Shown: one piece after another, positions 14,055 to 28,275 of the stretch
How positions within the stretch are numbered: position 1 is the first letter of the stretch
Layout: the number at the start of each line of letters is the position of its first letter
Source of the DNA: Eledone cirrhosa
Taxonomy: Eukaryota
NCBI GenBank assembly: GCA_964016885.1
Contig: OZ024743.1
Span: 69,564,001-69,628,000, forward strand
DNA length: 64,000 nt
Direction: 5' to 3'
Notes under the pieces: generated by a model
Databases searched by the model: none
Seen by the model: the letters and a program-made list of their open reading frames with translations, nothing else
Told to the model about the DNA's origin: nothing
Translations under genes and position numbers: made by a program

Positions 14055-15683
14055 GTTCAACTCTGCCTTCCATCCTTTCCAGGTCAATGAAAATAAAATC
14101 AATCTCATATTGTTGTCGCTTCCCTCTTTCGCTCCCTCCACCCTCTCTCTCATTCTCTCTCTCACCCCACCCCCACCTCCCTCCCTGGACGAAGACCTGG
14201 AAATGCGATTGGTTCCGCTAGGTTCAAAGTGCTGTGGACACTATCTTACCGGCGCCCCGATGACACAATTATATATGTATGTATATGTATGTATGTATGT
14301 ATGTACGTATGTAAGTATGTATGTATGTATGTATGTATTTATGTATGTATGTATGTATGTATGTATGTATGTATATATGGCCATACTCGATAACGAGGGG
14401 GCAGCCATCATGTATGTATGTATGTACACATATATATATTGGCCGGGGCATATGTGTATGTGTGTCTATTGCCAGCGATATGCTCTGGTTATATATTTTT
14501 TTTATTTCTTTTTAATGGAAAAAAATCATGAATGAATAGACAGGCAGGTTGTTAATGTGAATACGAGTAGAAATTATAAAGCCATGGTTTATAATAATTA
14601 ATAAATATGTTATTGTTTGAAGGAAACAAGACATCTGTTGTCAACAGACAAGCTTCACTGGAGTTATATACACTCCTACTGATGCTATCTAGCTTATACA
14701 CTGTGTTGACGTAGTTAGGATGTGTAGATATTACCTGGGTAGACACACTGTTTAAAAGAATATTTTGTTTCTTTTTTAAATATAGATGTGAATTTGAATG
14801 ATAGTCACTACATTACGTCTAAATAGATGGAACGATGGATTTTAACTGTGTCAATGTTTACAGTATGTAGATATTGTGAAAATAGTTATACTGTATATAC
14901 ATTAACCTTTCTTTTGATATAATGATCAACTTAGAAACGTTTATATATGGTTTGATGAGATCTATATTTAGCCGTAGAAATGTGGCCATGGATTTGAATA
15001 ATAGATACCAGATTATGTGTAAATATCTACAATGGTAAAACATTGACTGGGTAGATCATCACAATATGGCGTTGTTACTGAGTAAATAAACAGGTGTAAA
15101 TGTCTGAATATATACAATGTGTTAACAATAACCCTTAGTTAGATGTAACGATCAAGTTAGAGACTTTGAGAGATAGATGAATGGATGGATATATATGTTT
15201 TTAAGCGAGAAACGCTGAGACCTCGAGTCACTGCTATATCTTCCTTTCTATAATAAGATATATATATAGATGTGCCTTTGAAGATCATGATATGTGTTTA
15301 TGTGTGTGCGTAAGTATGTGTGTGTGTTCATGTGTGTTACTGGTGTTACTGTCTTATCTCTCTGTACAAATGCTAGAGGCAAAAACGAAAGATAAAGAAA
15401 AGCTTAATACAAAATACATTGCTGCTGTTGCTGTTGTTGTACTTTTTCGTTTTCTTGTCTTTTACTTCTTCCTATTCTTCTTATTTTCCGTCTCTTCCGA
15501 CTCTCCGCACCTCCCCTTCTCACATATCTACACAGACCCACCATCACCACCATCTTCGGGGATTGTCCTCACGCAGTTTCTTGTTACTTTACAACACACT
15601 ATAACATACAATACAACAGAACGTATCCTACCACATTACATGCGAATCATACAACGCCATAACACCCACCCACCCACCACACA

Positions 15684-18545
15684 ATACCACAACACACCAG
15701 AGTATATTACATTACAACACTACACACTATACCAAAACACACCAGAGTATATTACATTACAACACTACACACTATACCACGACACACCAGAGTATATTAC
15801 ATTACAACACTACACACTATACCAAAACACACCAGAGTATATTACATTACAACACTACACACTATACCACGACACACCAGAGTATATTACATTACAACAC
15901 TACACACTATACCACGACACACCAGAGTATATTACATTACAACACTACACACTATACCACGACACACCAGAGTATATTACATTACAACACTACACACTAT
16001 ACCACAACACACCAGAGTATATTACATTACAACACTACACACTATACCACGACACACCAGAGTATATTACATTACAACACTACACACTATACCACGACAC
16101 ACCAGAGTATATTACATTACAACACTACACACTATACCACGACACACCAGAGTATATTGCATTACAACACTACACACTATACCACAACACACCAGAGTAT
16201 ATTACATTACAACACTACACACTATACCACGACACACCAGAGTATATTACATTACAACACTACACACTATACCACGACACACCAGAGTATATTGCATTAC
16301 AACACTACACACTATACCACGACACACCAGAGTATATTACATTACACCACTACACACTATACCACGACACACCAGTGTATATTACATTACAACACTACAC
16401 ACTATACCACGACACACCAGAGTATATTACATTACAACACTACACACTATACCACGACACACCAGAGTATATTACATCACAACACTACACACTATACCAC
16501 GACACACCAGAGTATATTACATTAAAACACTACACACTATACCACAACACACCAGAGTATATTACATTACAACACTACACACTATACCACGACACACCAG
16601 AGTATATTACATTACAACACTACACACTATACCACAACACACCAGAGTATATTACATTACAACACTACACACTATACCACAACGCACCAGAGTATATTAC
16701 ATTACAACACTACACACTATACCACAACACACCAGAGTATATTACATTACAACACTACACACTATACCACAACACACCAGAGTATATTACATTACAACAC
16801 TACACACTATACCACGACACACCAGAGTATATTACATTACAACACTACACACTATACCACGACACACCAGAGTATATTACATAACAACACTACACACTAT
16901 ATAACAACACACCAGAGTATATTACATTACAACACTACACACTATACCACAACAGACCAGAGTATATTACATCACAACACTACACACTATACCACAACAC
17001 ACCAGAGTATATTACATAACAACACTACACACTATACCACAACACACCAGAGTATATTACATTACAACACTACACACTATACCACGACACACCAGAGTAT
17101 ATTACATTACAACACTACACACTATACCACGACACACCAGAGTATATTACATAACAACACTACACACTATATAACAACACACCAGAGTATATTACATTAC
17201 AACACTACACACTATACCACGACACACCAGAGTATATTACATTACAACACTACACGCTATACCACGACACACCAGAGTATATTATATTACAACACTACAC
17301 ACTAAATAACAACACACCAGAGTATATTACATTACAACACTACACACTATACCACGACACACCAGAGTATATTACATTACAACACTACACACTATACCAC
17401 GACACACCAGAGTATATTACATTACAACACTACATACTATACCATGACACACCAGAGTATATTACATTACAACACTACACACTATACCACAACACACCAG
17501 AGTATATTACATTACAACACTACACACTATACCACGACACACCAGAGTATATTACATTACAACACTACACACTATACCACAACACACCAGAGTATATTAC
17601 ATTACAACATTACAACACTACACACTATACCACGACACACCAGAGTATATTACATTACACCACTACACACTATACCACTACACACCAGAGTATATTACAT
17701 TAGAACACTACACACTATACCACGACACACCAGAGTATATTACATTACAACACTACACACTATACCACAACACACCAGAGTATATTACATTACAACATTA
17801 CAACACTACACACTATACCACGACACACCAGAGTATATTACATTACACCACTACACACTATACCACTACACACCAGAGTATATTACATTAGAACACTACA
17901 CACTATACCACGACACACCAGAGTATATTATATTACAACACTACACACTATACCACGACACACCAGAGTATATTACATTACAGCACTACACACTATATAA
18001 CAACACACCAGAGTATATTACATTACAACACTACACACTATATAACAACACACCAGAGTATATTACATTACAACACTACACACTATACCACAACACACCA
18101 GAGTATATTACATTACAACACTACACACTATACCACGACACACCAGAGTATATTATATTACAACACTACACACTATACCACGACACACCAGAGTATATTA
18201 CATTACAACACTACACACTCTACCACGACACACCAGAGTATATTACATTACAACACTACACACTATACCACAACACACCAGAGTATATTACATTACAACA
18301 CTACACACTATACCACAACACACCAGAGTATATTACATTACAACACTACACACTATACCACGACACACCAGAGTATATTACATTACAACACTACACACTA
18401 TATAACAACACACCAGAGTATATTACATTACAACACTACACACTATGCCACAACAGACCAGAGTATATTACATTACAACACTACACACTATACCACAACA
18501 CACCAGAGTATATTACATTACAACACTACACACTATGCCACAACA
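15684..18545. repeat. 45-bp minisatellite array, ~63 copies
   Basis: Unit ACACCAGAGTATATTACATTACAACACTACACACTATACCACGAC, with occasional 8-bp insertions (~17605, ~17795). Confidence 0.97.
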
Positions 18546-19465
18546 CATCAAGGTATATTACATCACACCACACAACTCCACGCTACACCAGGCTACATCA
18601 AACACCACATCACAGAAGACCACACATCATCACACCACACATGATTCATCAGAATAAACAACACTACGCAGCATATAACATCACATTGCACCACGCTACA
18701 CCACACCACACCACACCACATCACACCAGACACCACCATACTACACCACACCACACTACACCACACTACATTACACCACACTACATTATACCACACTACA
18801 CTACACCACACCACATCACACCACACACCACCATACTACACCACACCACACTGCACCACGCTACATTACACCACGCTGCATTATACCACACTACACTACA
18901 CCACACCACACCACACCACACCACACCACACCACATCACACCAGACACCACCATACTACACCACACCACACTACACCACACTACATTACACCACACTACA
19001 TTTTACCACACTACACCACACCACACCACATCACACCAGACACCACCATACTACACCACACCACACTACACCACACTACATTACACCACACTACATTTTA
19101 CCACACTACACTACACCACACCACACCACATCACACCACACACCACCATACTACACCACACCACACTGCACCACGCTACATTACACCACGCTACATTATA
19201 CCACACTACACTACACCACACCACACCACACCACACCACACCACACCACACCACACCACATCACACCACACACCACCATACTACACCACACCACACTGCA
19301 CCACGCTACATTACACCACGCTACAGCACACCTCACCACATTACACCACACTGCACCGTACAACACCACACCACACTACACCACACTACACTACACCACA
19401 CTACACCACACCACATCACGTCACTACCACACCACTATCCATACTAGCACCGCTACCACACATTA
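18546..19465. repeat. Degenerate pentanucleotide (CACCA/CACTA/CATTA) satellite
   Basis: Continuous 5-bp periodicity with local higher-order blocks. Confidence 0.9.
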
Positions 19466-19695
19466 CTGTAGGTTCCAATTATTTAATGACAGAATCAACT
19501 ATCTGTGGTTGTAGATAAAAGTTATAAGTAATTATACATTTCACTAAATTAAATTTCCTCGCCACCACCACACCACCACCACACCACGCCCCCTATCCGC
19601 CCTTCTTACAGGAGACAAAGACAAAAACGAAGAACGAAATGAATACAAAATTAATTAAATATTTTTTCCATCCATAATTATATATGTATATATAG

Positions 19696-19727
<32 letters not shown>

Positions 19728-19778
19728 CTGTGTATATATGTGTGTGTGTGTGTATGAATTCATATGTATATAGATATG

Positions 19779-19850
<72 letters not shown>

Positions 19851-20033
19851 TATGTATATAGATATGCATATAGATATGTACAGATGTATATTGATACTAT
19901 ATAGATATCTACATATGTATATATATATGTATATATTGGTAAACGGAATAGAAAATGCTGACAAATTGTTCATATATATGTACATATATATATGTATATA
20001 GATATGTATATATATGTTTGTGTGTATATATAT

Positions 20034-20107
<74 letters not shown>

Positions 20108-20286
20108 GTACATGTATATGTAGATGTGTTCATGCATATATGTAAACATGTATATATGTACGTGTATATACATATGTATAGCTACATATATACAAATCGT
20201 GTGTGTCTCAGTGCTGTGTGTATTATACAAATAAAAAACTCAATAGCTGTAAAGATGTCATAAAGGGAGTGCATATTATTGATATA

Positions 20287-21461
20287 CTAGCAGTGCTACA
20301 CGGCGTTGCACGGGATAAGGTATTTTAGAACGCGGGCCGCCAACAGACCTAATCGTGGAAAAACTGCATGCCTGGACAATATGTAAAGAAAATAAACCGA
20401 ATACTCTGATGGATGGATATTCTTTAAGATTTTTCTCGATGAAGCAGGAAAAATGCAGGTTTTCACCTAATGCGGACCCTAGGGCATCAAGAAAATGAAT
20501 TTTTTATGTGCAATCGCCTAGACGTAACGCCTAAAAATAGGCTTAAAAAGCTGAAAAAATGAATTTTTTCAACAAGTTCTATTTTCTTTGCTCACGGTAT
20601 GAAGAAGAGACTCAGTAATACATAGTTACAATTTCAAGGAATCGGTCTGACGTATCGCCTCAAAATACCCCTAAAAATGCACGTAAGTAAGCAACACTGT
20701 GAAAACTGAAGCTATTATAGCGATGTTTTTCTTTACCGGCTTTAATTTTTAGTGTGGTGTGAAATATATAACCTGCAAACCTCATTTTTGAATCGCAGGA
20801 TGATCGACTTTATTTCACTCGCGCCACTAAAAGTTGTATTTTTTTTGCTCACGGTATGAAGAGACTGACTAATACATAGTTACTGGCATTCATTTTTAGT
20901 GTTGTGTGAAATATATAACCGCCTTAGCTAAGCTTAGTATTGCCACAACCACGGCTGGCAAAGAAATAAGGGTCTGGTGGTACGTAAGTAAGCAACACTG
21001 TGGCTTAAAACGTGAGGAAGAAGTTCTGTGCACTTACCAACTGTTTGGGGAATGAGTGTGAGATTTGTCTTGAGCAAGAGTGGCGGAATAACCGGAGGCA
21101 GCAGACAGCTAGACATACAGACATATATTATAAGGGCGCGTTCTGGACGCAGACGGAATTGTGGAAAGTGACGTAATGCAGACAGCCAGACATACATACA
21201 GATATTATAAGGACGCGACGATATATATATGTATCTATCTAAAAACAGAAAGACTAAGAATTATAGAGAGAGATCGTTAAACCGCCCAATTGTGTCTCTA
21301 GAGCATTGAAAATTTGAAATTCATTTTGTTCAGAACCCTCCCTGAAACATAAGTATTACATGTGTAAAGTTTGAAAACAGTCGGTTGGGTGCTTCTCGAG
21401 TTTTAGGGATCCAAACTCACACACACAGACAGACATCCTCAGATTTATATATATATATAGA
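20287..21461 (-). mobile_element. Non-autonomous Helitron
   Basis: Minus strand starts A|TCTATATATATATAAATCTGAGGATGTCTGTCTG and ends CCCGTGCAACGCCGTG-TAGCACTG-CTAG|T, i.e. 5' TC, imperfect 3' hairpin, CTAG end and AT target. It has internal short duplications. Confidence 0.75.
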
Positions 21462-21538
21462 TTATACACACACAAACACGCACACACACACACACACCCA
21501 CACGTACACAAAAACGCACATATATGTATGTATATATA

Positions 21539-24500
21539 TCATCATCATCATCATCACCGTTTTACGTCCGTTCTTCCACGCTAGCATGGGTTAGACGGGT
21601 TGTCCTGTTGTGGGCAGTGTCTGGTCGGCTGACCATGCCTTGCTCATACAGGAACTGATTTGGCTTGATTTCTACAGCTGGATGCCCTTCCTAACACCAA
21701 CCTCATTTACAGTGAGTGCTGGGTGCTTTTTCGTGGCGCCTACACGTCCACTTTACAGTGTGGGCTGGGTGCTTTTTTGCCGTGGCACCTCCACGACCAC
21801 CTTGCGGTGGGGTGTGTGGGGGCATATTGTCTATATGCTTCAGCTTGTACCCAAGGGAGGTCGGGTACTCTGTATTACTGCGTGACGCCAGAGGTCATGG
21901 TCGTGTGTCATTGCCTTTGAGAGGTGTAATTGTGTAAGGTCGGCTTTTATCACCTCATCCCAGGTCATCTTGGGTCTCCCCACTCCGCGGTTTCCATCGA
22001 CTTCTAGTGCTCTGCACCTTTTTTTGCAGCTGTCATCCTTCATACGCATCACATGTCCATACCAGCGCAACCGCCTCTCCTGTACACATCATTTGATTCC
22101 TCTTATGCTCAGTCTCTCTCTCAATTCATTTATGCTTTGTCGTTCACGTATATTACTGTTACACATCCATCGGAGCATGCAGGCTTCGTTTCTCTCTAAT
22201 CTACGTAAGTCTTCCACCTTCAGCGCCCAGGTCTCACTACCATGCAACATTACTGTTCGGATACACGCATCATACAGTCTGCCTTTCATTCTGAGGGAGA
22301 AGCCTTTTGCAGCTAGCAGTGGTAGGAGTTCCCTAAACTTCTTCCATCCCGTTCTTACCCTAGTGATTGTACTTTCTGAACACCCACCTCTGCTGCTTAT
22401 TCGGTCACCTAGGTAGCAGAAGCTGTCTACTGTTTCTACAGAGCCCTCCCAAAGATTGGTGGTTCTTGTTTCCTGTGGCTGTTTGTTGCTTGCTATCCCA
22501 GCACAGCTGCTGCATGTGAAGCCTACATTCTTAATTAAGCTTCCTGAGATCCCGCTACATCTCTTGTGTACCCATTGTTTGCATTTGGGGCAGAGAATGG
22601 AGTTCCTACCTACACCTTTCCTACATACTGAGCAAGGCCATTTCCCTGATGGGATCTGGGTTCTGTTTTCTCGTCTACTTACAAGGACCTTAATCTTTGT
22701 CATGTTGACTTTGAGACCCTTTCTTTCTAGTCCCTGCTTCCAAGTTTGGAATTTATTCTCTAGTTCTACCATAGATTCAGCTATGAGTGCGAGGTCATCA
22801 GCATACAGGAGTTCCCATGGGCATCCGGTCTTAAACTCCTCCGTTATTGCCTGCAGGACTATGATGAACAGGAGGGGGCTAAGAACAGAGCCCTGGTGGA
22901 CCCCAACCTGTACGCTAAATTCCTCACTATACTCATTGCTAATCCTAACATTGCTGACTGCTCCCCTATACATGGCTTGTACCGCTTTCACAAGCCATTC
23001 ATCTACTCCTAGTTTTCTAAGATCCCACCAGATTATAGCACGTGGAACTCTGTCAAAGGCTTTCTCAAGGTCGACAAATGCCAAGTAGAGTGGCTTACAT
23101 TTAGCTAGGTACTTTTCCTGTAACTGCCTCACAAGGAAGAGGGCATCAGTGTTGCCTCTTCCTGGTACAAACCCAAATTGCATCTCGTCTATTTTCACCC
23201 GGTCCCTAATCAACTGTGCTATAACTCTTTCTGTTACTTTCATGACCTGGTCCATCAACTTTATACCTCTATAGTTTCCTCTATCTAGTGCATCGCCTTT
23301 ACCTTTGTAGCAGTTGACAATGATGCTACTGCACCAATCTTTTGGTATGACACCTTCTAGTATTACCTGGTTAACAATACGTGTGGTTATGGTGTGACCT
23401 ACAGACCCAGATGCCTTCAGCATCTCGGCAGCTATACCCGATGGACCGGTTGCCTTCCCCATCTTCATATCTTTGATTGCCTTACTTACTACGTTGCTGC
23501 AGACTTGTACTGCTGGCCCCTCTATAGGGTCTACTTGGGGTAGGGTCTCTTCTTCCCATGCATTCTCCTCATTTAGTAATCTATCATAATGACTCTTCCA
23601 TGCATCTTTCTTCTCAGCACTTGTGAGGGCAAGCTCACCTTTATCATTCCGGATACACTTCTCTCCAATGACATCACAACTATCTCTGACACACTGCCTC
23701 GCAATCTTGAACACCTCCTGTTTCTGGTCCTCACGTTGCAAAACATGCTTGAATTTTCTATCCTCTGCTTCCCTCCTAGCTAAGTATACTTTTCGCCTAG
23801 CTTCCCTCTTGGTCTCTATGTAATGTACCCTGCTCCCCCCGTTCTTCCATTCTTTCCATGCCTGTCTCTTGGCCTTAACTGCTTCATCTACCTTATTGTT
23901 CCACCACCAAGTCAATCTCCTCCTGCTTGAGGTCTTACTCCAGCCACAGACCTCATCCGTCGCCTCTAGTAAATTATTTTTTAGGAACTCCGAGTTCTCT
24001 TCTACATTGAATGTCTCTATCTGTTCTTCTTTACTGTCGTAGGCGTTGAGTAAAATATCTTTAAATCTGTTACTGGTTGAGGGGACTTTCAGCTTCCACA
24101 TCTTTTTTCTCCAGGTTGGCCTCTGTTTCCAGGTTCGTCTAGTTCTGACCGTGAGGTCGCTGACAACTAAGCTATGTTGGGATGTACATACCTCACTAGG
24201 GAAGGCTTTTGTGTTTACGACCGTCCATCTGTCACGTCCTCTGATGAGGATAAAATCTATCTGACTGGAGTGCTCCCCTGATCTATAGGTGATCAGGTGG
24301 TTGTCGGGTTTTTTAAAGTTTGTGTTACATATCGACATGTCATTGGCGTCGCAGAATTCTAGAAGTCTGAATCCTTCCTCATTTCTTGTGCCAACCCCAT
24401 GGCCTCCATGTACTCTATTGAAGCCGTCGCAGTGTTTACCTACGTGTCCGTTAAAATCTCCTGCGATGATTAGGAAGTCATTGTCGTCTGTTAGAGCAGT

Positions 24501-25104
24501 AGTGTGCATTAGGGACTCGTAAAACATATCCTTAAGTTCGTCTTGCAGCCCCGATTGGGGTGCGTAAGCTGATATTATTGTGGTAATTGTTTTATTCAGG
24601 ACTAGTCTGAGTTTAATGATTCTTGCATTTACCCTGTACACTGAGATTACTTTATCTACCCACTTGTCAGCTAATAGTATACCTACACCACCCATCCCAT
24701 CGTCATTTCCCACCCAGAAAAATTTGTAACACCGACTTTTTCCTACAAGGACTCTGGCAGACTCTCCTCTCCATCTAGTCTCTTGCACACAGCATACATC
24801 AATTTCCTTTCGCTCTAGCATTTCTACGATTTCTCCTGCTCTTCCTTTCATTGAGCCTACATTGATGGTACCAACTCGGAGTTTTGGCCAGTTGTCGACA
24901 CTCGTAGGGGAGGGTCTTTGGGTTGGCGCTTCACATGGGTGCTTGGTAGTTCGCAGATTCATATTTCATCTATTGATTCAGAGTTGCTCAAATTTATTCT
25001 CAGCTCATCCATCCATAACGGTGGGAAAATTGAGGGCTAGGAGAACAGTGGTGGTGGGATAATGGCAAGGTGTGTTGGGCTGAGACAGGGGAGGAGAGAG
25101 TTAG

Positions 25105-25150
<46 letters not shown>

Positions 25151-25173
25151 CAGCAGAAGAAATGGCATGCTGA

Positions 25174-25177
<4 letters not shown>
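21539..25177 (-). mobile_element. Near full-length RTE-clade non-LTR retrotransposon
   Basis: Single APE-RT ORF, 3' UTR ending GGACGTAAAACGG followed by a (TGA)n tail, and 5' region with (CTA)n. The 5' boundary is approximate. Confidence 0.9.
21840..24962 (-). CDS. RTE ORF: APE endonuclease + reverse transcriptase with PHD-type finger; one in-frame TGA at 22089-22091
   Basis: APE motifs INVGS, VQETRW, SAYAP, GDFNGHVG, QIDFIL; RT motifs FVDLEKAFD, QGSVLSP, YADD; C4HC3 finger at 22503-22634. The C-terminal RLRWYGHVMRM..GRPKMTW continues in the same frame after the stop. Confidence 0.92.
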
Positions 25178-25227
<50 letters not shown>

Positions 25228-25230
<3 letters not shown>

Positions 25231-25680
25231 GTGGTTATAAGAGGCTTAGCTCTGTTTCTCGACCGTTATATCGCGTGACTATCTCCCCCTCCGCCTTTTG
25301 GGATTCTTTCTCACGTCGTGTAGACGCGTTCTTGAGACTAGTAAAATGAGGTATCCTCTTGATAAGTTGGCAGACCTCGCAAGGACTCTATATCTTTGAT
25401 ATATTGTTTTTGTTTATGCCACGAAACTACGTAGTCGAGGAATTTAGGAGCAGTTTAGGTATGATACATTTTATTACTAATTATATCTAAATGTTTCTTC
25501 TCTCTTCATAATGTATTTTTAACTCTGATACTGGTTCAGTCTGGTTCAAACTGAATTGGTCTGTCCCAGTCATTCATTGAGCAACATCGGTGAAGTTGGC
25601 ACCCTTAACTCACAGTTGGGTGCGGATGCATTCATGTATATATGTGTGTGTCCGCATGTATCTGTGTGTTTCTAAATATA
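25228..25680 (+). mobile_element. 5'-truncated copy of the 595-bp hammerhead repeat
   Basis: Nearly identical to 61517-61968; flanked by (TA)n. Confidence 0.9.
25354..25441 (+). ncRNA. Type I hammerhead ribozyme, U3-A8 core variant
   Basis: TCCTC-TTGATAA-GTTGGCA...TGCCAC-GAAA-CTACGTAG-TC-GAGGA. Confidence 0.75.
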
Positions 25681-25760
25681 TATATATATATATATATATA
25701 TTTAATATAGAAGAGCTTCTACAGGACTAGAACTATTTCATTCGGGAGAAATCATCACGT

Positions 25761-25809
25761 GCTTCCTGATGATTTCTACCGAATGAAACAGTTCTAGTCC
25801 TGTAGAAGC
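25761..25809 (+). ncRNA. Type I hammerhead ribozyme inside a fold-back palindrome (25700-25824)
   Basis: GCTTC-CTGATGA-tTTCtaccGAAt-GAAA-CAG ttctagtc CTG-TA-GAAGC. The downstream tail 25826-25897 matches 1985-2060 on the minus strand. Confidence 0.7.
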
Positions 25810-26221
25810 TCTTCTATATTAAATATTTATACTCTGCTTTGTATTGAGTACCTTACTTACTGTGGTTACCCCCGAATGAACCCGGGATAAACTTCATATA
25901 TATATTTATACACACACACACATATATACATCCACTGGTTACTGTCATCAGACACTGGTCATACTGGTCCACTATTTCGATTTCATTAATTTCATCAACC
26001 CTGGGGGAAAATATCTGAAGTCTGGTACTTGTTCTTTTGTTCTCAATTGTTTGTCGAACCACTACATTACAGAACATAAAGATAAACACAGGCGTAAACA
26101 TAGACACAAACACATACTTATATATGACGGGCTTCTGCAGTTTCCTTTTACCTGATTCCACCTAAAAGCATCATCTGATGCGACGTATGTATGTAACTGA
26201 GCGATCTCTAAAAACATCTGA

Positions 26222-26612
26222 CTGATGAAATGACAAGTCAGTCACTCATATTGGTGGCCTCCCCACAGCCCCGGCGGACAGAATGGAATAGGCGTTTCCC
26301 CGGAGGACGGCAAGGGAGACGCGCTAGAAAAGCCATTGCAACTCGCGAGGCTCATATCTGCGAGGACACCAGAAGTCTCACACCAGGGCCGAGGACACCA
26401 GAAGTCTCCACTGTCAGGGGTACAACTACAAACCTGTCGGAGAGCGACCGCTGTTTGATGAGTTTGGCCTCCTCAGCCCGATATGCAGCAGAACCAGGGT
26501 TAGTCGCAGACTGCACCAGGTTGCGGCTGGAGAAAGTGTCGGTGCAAGTGGCATCCCAGACGAGGGGTTTGGCCCCGAGAAGCGGGAAGATGGTCATGCC
26601 GTCTGATGCTAT
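26222..26612 (-). mobile_element. CRE-like non-LTR retrotransposon 3' fragment (restriction-like endonuclease)
   Basis: DGMTIFP..KPLVWDATCTDT..GSAA..AEEAK..VPLTVETSG..LRGNA, the typical C-terminal RLE of CRE-type elements. Confidence 0.75.
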
Positions 26613-27026
26613 AGCAGAAGATATATGTTCAAAGGTTCCATGCAAGAACCTCATGGTTACGTGTCGAACGCTTTGTCCACGCAGCTATTCTCTATATGCA
26701 TCGCTTGTACTATTTTATTCTTGCTCTGGTTTCATTCACTGTAATTAACTATTATTTATTATATCGCTCAGTGCGAAACTCTCTCTCTGTATACATATAT
26801 ATGTGTGTGTAGAGTGAGAGAGTGTGTCTCTGTGTCGGCGTGTGTGTGTGTGTGTGTCTGTGTGTGCATGAGAGAAAATGTGATGCATGCATACACACAC
26901 ATATATACTTCTACAAACATAATCACACACACACGCATATATATGCACATATATATGCATGCATATATCAATATGTATGTATGCATGTATGTATATATAT
27001 AAGTATGTATATATATCAATATATAT

Positions 27027-27063
<37 letters not shown>

Positions 27064-27269
27064 AGCATATATATATATGTATATATGTTTATATATACGT
27101 TGTATATATATATATATATATAGCATATATATATGTATGTATATATGTTTATATTTACGTTGTATATATATATATAGAGAGAGAGAGAAAGAGCATATAT
27201 ATATGTATGTATATATGTTTATATATACGTTGTATATATATATATATATACTTATGTACGTATATATAT

Positions 27270-27329
<60 letters not shown>

Positions 27330-28030
27330 TACAAAAAAGCCAAATATAATATAATATAAAACCAAACTGTTTTCGAAGATAATTCTCTGCAGTTAAAATA
27401 GTCTGGAAGACGAAAATTGGTGAAATCTCTTTGCTCTAGGCTATAGGGGAATAATTTCTCTGCTTGGCACCACACACTTACCATTGTTAAAAGATGTTCT
27501 ATATTTTCAGGAAGATATGGTTTTAGTAGAGGTTTGTAATTGAATTCGAGATAAATGTATATAATTTTATTATGTTGTATGTTATCCTTATTTCATTCAG
27601 TCGAAACCGAACATCTTTCTCTGTTCTTTCGTTTTTCTCTTTTCTCTTCAAGTCTTTGTCTTCCACATTTCATCTGCTTGTCTGTGTATCTGTCGGTCAG
27701 TTTGTCTGTATCCTTTGCAGTCTGTCTTTCTGTATAATACAGATGTTACCACATGGTTAAAATGCTTGTTATGCGACTGGTTTGCTATGTGGATTTTGGT
27801 TCGATCCTATTGCGGTGCAACATGGACCCCCGTCATCTACAACATCATAGGGTTGACCCGCTGCCGTGGGAAGTTTGTTTGATAAACAGAAACAGCAAAC
27901 GCTTATCGTACACATGCACACATACACACACTCATATATATATTTACACACACCCAAACACACACACTCCGATATCTATATATTCACACACACAATCACA
28001 TATATATATGTTCATACACACACACTCCTT

Positions 28031-28275
28031 GTGAAGGCGCATGGCTTATGGTTAGAGCATTGGGCTTAAAATCGAAAGGTTGTGAGTTCAATTCTTGGAC
28101 CGGGTGATGTGTTGTTTCCTTGAGCAAGACACTTTCTTTCACGCTGCTCCAGTTTACTCAGCTGTAGAAATGAGATGATAGGACTGGGGTCCCTATCATT
28201 AAATTACCCAAGACACATCCAACGACATATACCTTGCAGGAGGCCAGCTAAACCTGCATAGGTGTGAGCTGTCAC
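28031..28275 (+). mobile_element. tRNA-derived SINE family B (CORE-like centre, CA tail)
   Basis: A box TGGCTTATGGTTAGAGC, B box GAGTTCAATTC, and CCTTGAGCAAGACACTTT. Other copies at 34577 and 58389. Confidence 0.85.

Noticed and set aside
15292-19447. 530-aa and 667-aa ORFs
   Set aside because: They arise from a stop-free 45-bp (multiple of three) repeat and pentamer satellite; there is no domain or gene context.
22456-24522. Plus-strand ORFs over the RTE element
   Set aside because: Antisense shadows of the real minus-strand ORF.
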